Position numbers and translations under genes: made by a program. Below, in pieces: positions 17,228 to 23,367 of a stretch of 32,000 nucleotides of DNA; within the stretch, counting starts at the first letter, position 1; each line of letters opens with the position of its first letter. The notes beneath the pieces are model-generated. The model ran no database searches and was not told the origin of the DNA. It was given only the letters and a program-made list of their open reading frames with translations. Source of the DNA: Candidatus Saccharimonadota bacterium (GTDB lineage: Archaea > Nanobdellota > Nanobdellia > Pacearchaeales > GW2011-AR1); assembly GCA_041659445.1 (NCBI GenBank), contig JBAZYG010000001.1:330001-362000 (forward strand). The letters are read 5' to 3'.

Positions 17228-17671
17228 ATGAAAAATTATAATTTAATTCCGCAAGAAAAAAACAATTATTGTCTTTGCTCTGTTATTCAAGCAATTTTTG
17301 ATAAACATGGAAAAAAAATTTCCCAAGATCAAATTGCTCCTCAATTAAATTCTGGAGAAAATGGTTTTTATTTTGATGATTTTAAATTTAAAAATTTTTT
17401 AAATGCTTATGGATTTGTATATAGTTTATTTAAATATGATACAACACCTTTTAATGAACCTGATTTTTTATTGAGTGAAAATTTTGAAAAAGATATTTTT
17501 ATTGCTTGGAATAAGCATGTTGTTTTATTAAATGATTTTAAAGATCCATATATAGAATACATTAATCCAGATAAAGGAATAGTCCAAAAAAAAGAATTAA
17601 GTTCATTATTGTTTGAAATGAGCCAAAATAAATCTGGTTTTTTTGGAGTTATATCAAAAGGTATAATCTAG
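17228..17671 (+). CDS. Stand-alone papain-fold (peptidase C39-like) domain protein
   Basis: PQEKNNYCLCSVIQAIFDKHGKKISQDQIA has Gln about 6 residues before the Cys. NKHVVLLNDFKDPYIEYINPDKG matches the C39-like Q/C/H/D layout. Its ATG directly abuts the preceding stop (TAAATG). Confidence 0.45.
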   Translation: MKNYNLIPQEKNNYCLCSVIQAIFDKHGKKISQDQIAPQLNSGENGFYFDDFKFKNFLNAYGFVYSLFKYDTTPFNEPDFLLSENFEKDIFIAWNKHVVLLNDFKDPYIEYINPDKGIVQKKELSSLLFEMSQNKSGFFGVISKGII

Positions 17672-17710
17672 TATAATTATATTTATAAAACAAAACAATC
17701 TAAAAAGAAA

Positions 17711-18838
17711 ATGGTTCAACAATTTTTAGAACATTCAAAAAAGATTCTTACATCAGAACGTTCTAATTTTAAATGGGGAAGTAAAGGTTCTGGGCTTATT
17801 TCTTTATTTGGATACCAAAATGAATATGATTTAAGAGAAGGATATCCTTTAGCAACAACTAAAAAAATGTTTACAAAATCCATGATTCATGAAACTCTTT
17901 GGTTTATAAGAGGAAATACCAATATAAAATATTTAGAGGATAATGGTTGCAAAATTTGGAGAGGTAATGCTTTTGAATACAATCTACCTGCGATGGTTAA
18001 AGAAAGTATTTTTCCTAGAAACCTATTAGAAAAGAGTGTAAAATATTCTTCTGATTGGGATAAATCAATGTTAGAATATGCTCAAAAAATAAAAGAAAGT
18101 TCTGAATTTGCAGAAAGATTTGGAGATGCTGGTCCTATTTATCCTGCTCAATGGAGACATTGGAAACATTTTGATGAAAAACAAGGTAAAATTGTAGAAA
18201 TAGATCAATTAAGAAATATGATTGAAGGACTAAAGAAAAAACCTACTGGAAAAAAACACATTGTAACTGCATGGAATCCGGGAGATGTTCCGAATATGTC
18301 TTTACCACCTTGTCATGTTCTTTTTCAAGCAACTATTAATGAAGAAAACGAATTAGAATTAAACCTTTATCAAAGAAGTTCAGATATGTTTTTAGGTGTT
18401 CAGTTTAATTATGCTAGTTATTCCTTAATTACACAATTAATTGCACAAGAAGTTGGTGCTATACCAAAAACATTTATTCATAGTTTTGGAGATACCCATT
18501 TTTATACAGGATTAGAAAATAAAAGTAATTGGTATAAAGAACATTTTCATGAGTTTAGAGAAAGGGTTAGAAAAGTTAAAAGTAGAGAAGGATATTTAGA
18601 GATTCTTGACTGGGTAAATAAAAATGCACCAAGAGATGCTAATCAAACCGAAGAAAATTATGAACCTTCAAAAGATTATGATCATATTACTGCAATACTT
18701 GAACAATTATCAAGAGAACCAAGACCATTACCTAAGCTAATAATTGCAAAAAAACCATTTGATAAGTTAAACATTGATGATTTTATTATTGAAGATTATA
18801 ACCCATATCCAAAAATTGAAAGAGCGATGGCTATTTAA
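17711..18838 (+). CDS. thyA: Thymidylate synthase ThyA, long form with two insertions
   Basis: HETLWFIRGNTN, GPIYPAQWRHW, the catalytic Cys in LPPCHVLFQ, YQRSSDMFLGVQFNYASYSL, QLSREPRPLPKL and C-terminal ...AMAI. TTTATAAA lies 29 nt upstream of the ATG. Confidence 0.9.
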   Translation: MVQQFLEHSKKILTSERSNFKWGSKGSGLISLFGYQNEYDLREGYPLATTKKMFTKSMIHETLWFIRGNTNIKYLEDNGCKIWRGNAFEYNLPAMVKESIFPRNLLEKSVKYSSDWDKSMLEYAQKIKESSEFAERFGDAGPIYPAQWRHWKHFDEKQGKIVEIDQLRNMIEGLKKKPTGKKHIVTAWNPGDVPNMSLPPCHVLFQATINEENELELNLYQRSSDMFLGVQFNYASYSLITQLIAQEVGAIPKTFIHSFGDTHFYTGLENKSNWYKEHFHEFRERVRKVKSREGYLEILDWVNKNAPRDANQTEENYEPSKDYDHITAILEQLSREPRPLPKLIIAKKPFDKLNIDDFIIEDYNPYPKIERAMAI

Positions 18839-18839
18839 A

Positions 18840-19325
18840 ATGAATTTAAAAATAATTGTTGCAATATCTGAAAATAATGTCATTGGAATAAATAATAAGA
18901 TTCCTTGGAGAATTCCAGAAGATATGAAAAGATTTAAAGAATTAACAACAGGACATCCAGTAATTATGGGAAGTAAAACTTATTTATCAATTCCTGAAAA
19001 ATTTAGACCATTACCTGACAGAAAAAATATTATACTTTCTAAAAAATTAGAACCCCAGAACGGAATTTACATTGCAAAAAATATAGAAGAAGCATTAAGT
19101 TTTACTGAAAATGAAGATTCATTTGTTATTGGTGGTAGCCAGATTTATGAAGAATTTTTGCCTAGAGCAAATTTTTTAGAAATAACAAAAGTTCACGAAA
19201 CTTTTGATGGAGATTCTTTTTTTCCAGAAATAAATTGGAATGATTGGAAAAAAATTTATGAAAAAAGGCAAAAATCTGAAAAAGGTCTTGAATTTTCTTT
19301 CCAAACATTTAAAAGAAATCTTTAA
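18840..19325 (+). CDS. folA: Dihydrofolate reductase
   Basis: MNLKIIVAISENNVIGINNKIPWRIPEDMKRFKELTTGHPVIMGSKTY plus VIGGSQIYEEFLP. I start at ATG 18840 (a TAAAATG junction with thyA). The ORF-track ATG at 18774 lies inside thyA. Confidence 0.85.
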   Translation: MNLKIIVAISENNVIGINNKIPWRIPEDMKRFKELTTGHPVIMGSKTYLSIPEKFRPLPDRKNIILSKKLEPQNGIYIAKNIEEALSFTENEDSFVIGGSQIYEEFLPRANFLEITKVHETFDGDSFFPEINWNDWKKIYEKRQKSEKGLEFSFQTFKRNL

Positions 19326-19349
19326 AAACAAAATATTTCTCTTAAAAAA

Positions 19350-19679
19350 ATGATAACAAATGAATTAGTTCCAGAATTAGCAAATAAAGAATTTGAAAAA
19401 TTTGTAAAACAAGGCATTGTATTAGTTGATTTTTTTGCAGAATGGTGTATGCCCTGTGTTATGATGGGCCCGGTTATTGAAGATTTAGCTGAAGAATTTT
19501 CTGGAAAAATTAAAGTCGGAAAAATAAATGTTGACGATAATTCTGAACTAGCTTCTAAATTTAATATCTCTTCTATTCCTAATCTTATTTTATTTAAAGA
19601 TGGAAAAATTGTCGAACAATTAATTGGAGCTAGAACTCACGAAGAAATTGCAGAAGTTATAAAAATTTATATTAATTGA
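19350..19679 (+). CDS. trxA: Thioredoxin with a CMPC active site
   Basis: VLVDFFAEWCMPCVMMGPVIEDLAEE, with SIPNLILFKDGK (cis-Pro region). The length is typical of a thioredoxin at 109 aa. Confidence 0.85.
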   Translation: MITNELVPELANKEFEKFVKQGIVLVDFFAEWCMPCVMMGPVIEDLAEEFSGKIKVGKINVDDNSELASKFNISSIPNLILFKDGKIVEQLIGARTHEEIAEVIKIYIN

Positions 19680-19719
19680 ATACAATAATCTTTTTATACA
19701 ATAAATTTTAATTATTTTA

Positions 19720-19998
19720 ATGGTATTTAGCAAATATAGTTTTGGGAAATTAGAAGACTATATTGTCGAATATGATTTTGCTGGAAAAATTTATCACTCA
19801 GTTCCAATTGAAGCATGTAATAAAGAACAAGTTAAAGAATTATTTAAAAGAAATTATGACAAATCTTGTTTAATAAAAAAAATTAAATCCTCTTCAGAAA
19901 TTTGTGATGAGATTGTAGAAAATCTTATGCAAAGCATTAAAAAATCTTTTGAAAAATCAAAATTAGAATTTTCAAAAAAAATTAAAATACTTGTTTAA
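19720..19998 (+). CDS. Hypothetical small protein (92 aa)
   Basis: ORF with a TATA-like TTTTATAC about 28 nt upstream. No motif recognised. Its 3' end overlaps the convergent gene by 17 nt. Confidence 0.4.
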   Translation: MVFSKYSFGKLEDYIVEYDFAGKIYHSVPIEACNKEQVKELFKRNYDKSCLIKKIKSSSEICDEIVENLMQSIKKSFEKSKLEFSKKIKILV

Positions 19999-20455
19999 AA
20001 ACTTCATTCATATAAACCATTGCCCAATTTCTTAAAAATAAAGCTCCTTCAAAAGAATCAACATTTGTTTGAGCATAAATAAATAATTTATTTTTTACAT
20101 TTTGAAATTCTTTTCTTTTTTCATCAGAAAATTTAATATAAGGTGAGGAATAAATTTGACAATTAGAATCTTCTTCATCAAAATATAAACCTCCTCCATA
20201 ATCTCTGCTTATTTGGAAACCAGTTACCAATCCATTTTCATTAGTTTGAATTAAATCTTCCCATCTTGTTGGAAATTTTTCTTTTTTCAACTCTTTACAC
20301 CATTCTTGCGCGACTTCTGGAAAAATTCTCTTAGCAATTTCTTCATCTAATTTTAAAGAAGTGTCTAATAATTTTGGATGAATTGGAATTTGAAAACAAG
20401 TTTCGTGAAGAATAGGCAATTCTTGTTTTTTAAAAAATAATTTTTCAATGTCCAT
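19982..20455 (-). CDS. Hypothetical protein (157 aa)
   Basis: ORF with TATA 27 nt upstream and the shared 22-nt upstream element at 20485..20506. No motif recognised. Confidence 0.45.
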   Translation of the reverse strand: MDIEKLFFKKQELPILHETCFQIPIHPKLLDTSLKLDEEIAKRIFPEVAQEWCKELKKEKFPTRWEDLIQTNENGLVTGFQISRDYGGGLYFDEEDSNCQIYSSPYIKFSDEKRKEFQNVKNKLFIYAQTNVDSFEGALFLRNWAMVYMNEVFKQVF

Positions 20456-20484
20456 GAAAATTTTAAATTATATTTGTTTAAATA

Positions 20485-20506
20485 ATTAATTATGTTCAAT
20501 AAGATA
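20485..20506 (-). promoter_or_regulatory. 22-nt upstream promoter element, copy 1 of 2
   Basis: The + strand reads ATTAATTATGTTCAATAAGATA. It begins exactly 30 nt from the ATG at 20455 and abuts the TATA box. Confidence 0.45.
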
Positions 20507-20527
20507 GTTTAAAATTATATTTTACCT

Positions 20528-20920
20528 CTAATTAATTTTTATATCTTCTAAAATTTCTTCTATAGAACTTTTATGTTTTACAAATTTATGAAATGGAAAA
20601 ATAGAATTTTCTCCTTTTTCTCCAATAAGATAAATTAAAGGTTTTCCAAAAATTTCTTTTGAAGTAATAGCAGAAGCTAATTCTCCATACATATCTGTGC
20701 CTCCACTATCTCCTAATAAAACATAAACATCTGAATTAATAATTGATTTAATTACTTTATATGAATACTTTTGAATCAAAATTTCGTTTTTACTATATGG
20801 TTTCAAAGAAGATTTTTTAGTCCAATCAAAAATTACTTCGTGTCCATGATTTTTTAATTTTTTATACATTCTTTTAACTTCGTCTAATTTAGATGTTCTT
20901 GAGGAAATGTAGAATTTCAT
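20528..20920 (-). CDS. Nucleoside 2-deoxyribosyltransferase-like small Rossmann-type protein (tentative)
   Basis: MKFYISS start, then VYVLLGDSGGTDMYGELASAITS..GKPLIYL. This resembles the G-x-x-x-E-hG-hA-x-x-x-GKP layout of NDT-like proteins. Assignment is by eye only. Confidence 0.4.
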   Translation of the reverse strand: MKFYISSRTSKLDEVKRMYKKLKNHGHEVIFDWTKKSSLKPYSKNEILIQKYSYKVIKSIINSDVYVLLGDSGGTDMYGELASAITSKEIFGKPLIYLIGEKGENSIFPFHKFVKHKSSIEEILEDIKIN

Positions 20921-20949
20921 AAAAAGAGAATAAAAAATTAGTTTTTAAG

Positions 20950-20971
20950 ATTAATTATGCTTAATAAGATA
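20950..20971 (-). promoter_or_regulatory. 22-nt upstream promoter element, copy 2 of 2
   Basis: The + strand reads ATTAATTATGCTTAATAAGATA, 20/22 identical to copy 1. It begins exactly 30 nt from the ATG at 20920 and abuts the TATA box. Confidence 0.45.
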
Positions 20972-21002
20972 CTTTTATAAAAACGTAGTATTACTGAACT
21001 TT

Positions 21003-21773
21003 ATGAAAAAACTAATAGTTTATGATGGCTCTTCAATAGAACCAAATCCAATAAAAAATTTTTTAGATAGGAATGATCTGATTGGAATTCAAAGAAAATA
21101 CTTTATTAATTTATATCCTTTCATGAACTTAAAAAATAAAACCCCTTATTTTATTACAGATTTTAATTTCAAACACCACCAAGATGTTAAAAACATTGAA
21201 ATTGCGAGAAAGATTAAAAAAATAGATAAAAAAAATTTATCATTAATAATATTTGACTCTCATACTGATATGTATCAAGAAGGTGAAGGATATTACCATT
21301 TTGAAAAAAAAGTAACTATGGCTAATTGGATTGCATATATGGTTTCTAGAGAATATTCAAATATTTCATTAATAGGTGTAACAGACTTTACACATTCTTC
21401 TAGACAAAGAAAAGGATTTGAGTATGGTAATTTAAAAAATAAAGTTTCATTTTTTTTAGGTGAAAATTACAAGCAAGAAAAAGATTTTAAAGAATATAAT
21501 GGAGAAATTAAATTAAATAATATTAAAGATTTTTTTGACGCTTCTTTGATGGAAAATAGTTTCATAAGTTTTGATTCAGACGTGAGTTCAGATTTTACAA
21601 ATACAAATTCTAAATTTGCTGGGAGACTAGGAAATTTGGGTTTAGAAGATTGTAAAAAAATAATAAATTATATTAAAGAAAATTCAAATTTAATTGGATT
21701 TTCTTTTTTTGCAACAGGTTTTGCAGAAGCCTTTAACGAAAAAGATCATAATTTAAATTCATTAATAAACTGA
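21003..21773 (+). CDS. Divergent ureohydrolase (arginase/agmatinase)-superfamily-like protein (tentative)
   Basis: IIFDSHTDMY resembles the D-A-H-x-D metal motif, and ISFDSDVSSDF resembles S-x-D-x-D. No clear GGDHS motif is present; only KHHQD lies upstream. Confidence 0.35.
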   Translation: MKKLIVYDGSSIEPNPIKNFLDRNDLIGIQRKYFINLYPFMNLKNKTPYFITDFNFKHHQDVKNIEIARKIKKIDKKNLSLIIFDSHTDMYQEGEGYYHFEKKVTMANWIAYMVSREYSNISLIGVTDFTHSSRQRKGFEYGNLKNKVSFFLGENYKQEKDFKEYNGEIKLNNIKDFFDASLMENSFISFDSDVSSDFTNTNSKFAGRLGNLGLEDCKKIINYIKENSNLIGFSFFATGFAEAFNEKDHNLNSLIN

Positions 21774-21793
21774 AATCTTTAATCCAAAGGTTT

Positions 21794-21801
21794 TTTAAAT
21801 A
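21794..21801 (+). promoter_or_regulatory. TATA box (TTTAAATA) 29 nt upstream of the first partial tRNA-Lys 5' copy
   Basis: It has the same -29 spacing as the protein-gene promoters in this window. No comparable TATA lies at this distance from the intact tRNA at 22017. Confidence 0.45.
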
Positions 21802-21820
21802 TAAATTAATTTAGTCAAAC

Positions 21821-21836
21821 ATGGCTCCGTAGCTCA
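21821..21836 (+). repeat. Partial copy 1 of the tRNA-Lys 5' end (tRNA nt 1-14 plus 2 upstream nt)
   Basis: ATGGCTCCGTAGCTCA is identical to 21945..21960 and 22015..22030. Confidence 0.85.
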
Positions 21837-21933
21837 CGTAAGGAAACGAGGTTTCCTTAACGTTCAACTTTCCTTCGGCACAGAACAGCAATTTCAAAAT
21901 TGCCTCCGAGGAAATTGCAAAAAAGCTACGAGC
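21823..21933 (+). other. Hairpin-rich ~110-nt element closed by pairing of the partial tRNA 5' end with a downstream complement
   Basis: GGCTCCGTAGCT (21823-21834) pairs with AGCTACGAGC (21924-21933) with one bulge. An internal hairpin is CGTAAGGAAAC-GAG-GTTTCCTTAACG (21837-21862). Stem TTTCCTTCGG / CCGAGGAAA (21869-78 / 21906-14) encloses GCAATTTCAAAATTGC (21888-21903). A second AAATTGC at 21912-18 allows alternative pairing. Confidence 0.4.
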
Positions 21934-21940
21934 AAAAAAT

Positions 21941-21969
21941 AAATATGGCTCCGTAGCTCAGCCTGGTCA
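21941..21969 (+). repeat. Partial copy 2 of the tRNA-Lys 5' end (tRNA nt 1-23 plus 6 upstream nt)
   Basis: AAATATGGCTCCGTAGCTCAGCCTGGTCA is identical to 22011..22039. It is followed by an imperfect hairpin GGTCA-AAACTGAAATAAATTTCGTTT-AGAG-TGACC. Confidence 0.85.
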
Positions 21970-22016
21970 AACTGAAATAAATTTCGTTTAGAGTGACCAA
22001 TCAGAACTACAAATAT

Positions 22017-22091
22017 GGCTCCGTAGCTCAGCCTGGTCAGAGCACTGGACTTTTAATCCAGGTGTCGGGGGTTCAAATCCCTCCGGGGCCA
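22017..22091 (+). tRNA. tRNA-Lys (anticodon UUU), 75 nt, no encoded CCA
   Basis: Manual cloverleaf. Acceptor GGCTCCG/CGGGGCC with one G-U pair. D arm GCTC-AGCCTGGTCA-GAGC. Anticodon arm CTGGA-CTTTTAA-TCCAG. Variable loop GTGTC. T arm GGGGG-TTCAAAT-CCCTC. Discriminator A. A T5 run follows. Confidence 0.9.
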
Positions 22092-22158
22092 TTTTTACAT
22101 TTTAATATATATTCTATAATACAGTAATAAATTTAAAGCGTGAACAAATAAAAATATC

Positions 22159-22740
22159 ATGGAAGAAAATAATTTAGAAATAACTGCTAAAGCGGGAGAT
22201 GCTTCTTCTGGGAAAATAATTATTAGTAGAAATGGGGAAATTAAAGAATACCCTACTGTTGTTTTTTCTGAAAAGCAATCAGAAATATTATTTGAAACTT
22301 TAAAAAAAATTTCGAATAAAAATTACAAAAGTTCCAATTTAAAAATAAGCCTCTATACAAAAGAAGACCATAATCATAAAAAAATTTCTTATAGAAGAGA
22401 AGAAATAGATTTTATCTTTGATTACACAAATTTTGAAAAACAAAAAAGAAAAGAAATAAGCCATAGAATCTGGAATCATCTTTCAGATTATTTAATTAAT
22501 ATAGAACATGTTCATCCAAAATCAGAAAATGCATTGTTTTCTAAAGAATATACTTCATTAAATAAAGAAATAACTGTGAAAAGAAAATTATTCAAACCAA
22601 TTTTAAACTTAATAGTAATTAGAGATACTCATTATTTTCCTAAAGATAAAAATGGAAAAGAATTGGATGGAGTAGAAATTTCAAAACCGTTAAACGTCGA
22701 ATTACTGGATGAATTCTTAAGATGTGGAAGAACCTATTAA
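22159..22740 (+). CDS. Hypothetical protein (193 aa)
   Basis: ORF with TTTAAAGC 27 nt upstream of the ATG. No motif recognised. It is the first gene downstream of tRNA-Lys. Confidence 0.5.
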   Translation: MEENNLEITAKAGDASSGKIIISRNGEIKEYPTVVFSEKQSEILFETLKKISNKNYKSSNLKISLYTKEDHNHKKISYRREEIDFIFDYTNFEKQKRKEISHRIWNHLSDYLINIEHVHPKSENALFSKEYTSLNKEITVKRKLFKPILNLIVIRDTHYFPKDKNGKELDGVEISKPLNVELLDEFLRCGRTY

Positions 22741-22787
22741 AACTAAACCACAAAAATCTTTTTAAAGAATTAAAAACCAAGATTTAT

Positions 22788-23132
22788 ATGGAAAAAATAA
22801 TCAAATATTACACTGAAAATTATTTTTATAATCCAAAAGAAAAAGAAACTTCTTTAGTTATAAAATATAAATTTCCAAAAGATTTGAGTAAAGAAATAAA
22901 AAAAGGTATTCGAGCAAGATTGAAAAATTTTGATGGAATCTTAAATTTTTTAGAAAAAAGTGAAAACGTTGAAAAAAAAGGAAATAAACAATTATTTTAT
23001 GTACGCAAACCTTCTTTCTTAAAGATATACAATTTGAAATTAGAATTATCTATTAAAGTTCAAAAAAAAGTTAAAAAATCTGAACTTTTTGATGCAAACA
23101 AATTAGAAAAATACTTGTTATTTGGAATATAA
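22788..23132 (+). CDS. Hypothetical Lys-rich protein (114 aa from the preferred start)
   Basis: The ORF track starts at 22722, overlapping the upstream gene. Met-23 (ATG 22788) has TTTAAAGA exactly 27 nt upstream, so I prefer it. Confidence 0.45.
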   Translation: MEKIIKYYTENYFYNPKEKETSLVIKYKFPKDLSKEIKKGIRARLKNFDGILNFLEKSENVEKKGNKQLFYVRKPSFLKIYNLKLELSIKVQKKVKKSELFDANKLEKYLLFGI

Positions 23133-23143
23133 TTCAAATAAAA

Positions 23144-23359
23144 TTATTTATTAAAAATTTCATTTATTGTGTTTCCAATATCTCCAATTATATTTTGATG
23201 CCATTTCCAGCAGAACACACTTCCGTCTTGACCAATTCCAATATCGCAATCAATTCCTATTTTAGCTGCTTCTGAACTTCCAATTAATCCCCAAACAAGC
23301 AAGACTAAAAGAATAATTCCAATTACTATTATAACAGTATATTTTTTCATTTTATACAT
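23144..23359 (-). CDS. Small secreted or membrane-anchored protein
   Basis: N-terminal hydrophobic helix KKYTVIIVIGIILLVLLVWGLIG, then IDCDIGIGQDGSVFCWKW with 2 Cys. Confidence 0.45.
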   Translation of the reverse strand: MYKMKKYTVIIVIGIILLVLLVWGLIGSSEAAKIGIDCDIGIGQDGSVFCWKWHQNIIGDIGNTINEIFNK

Positions 23360-23367
23360 TCATTATT

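Noticed and set aside
17711-18838. The ThyA homologue as a dUMP/dCMP hydroxymethylase for modified-base synthesis, as in viral hypermodification pathways.
   Set aside because: The Asn that specifies dUMP is retained (QFNYASY) rather than the Asp of dCMP hydroxymethylases. The C-terminal ...AI is intact. A DHFR gene is translationally coupled downstream, which only makes sense if dihydrofolate is produced by a true thymidylate synthase.
18774-18839. The ORF-track start of folA at 18774, which would add a 22-aa N-terminal extension (MMILLLKIITHIQKLKERWLFK).
   Set aside because: The extension lies entirely inside the thyA coding sequence. The DHFR homology begins at MNLKIIVAIS. ATG 18840 forms the recurrent TAAAATG stop-restart junction with the thyA stop.
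21941-22016. Copy 2 of the tRNA 5' end plus its spacer as a second tRNA gene carrying a D-loop intron, or as a split-tRNA 5' half.
   Set aside because: After GGTCA the sequence provides no anticodon arm, T arm (no GTTC-type loop with flanking stems) or 3' acceptor strand. I could not build a bulge-helix-bulge motif by eye. It is kept only as one of several hypotheses under the tRNA finding.
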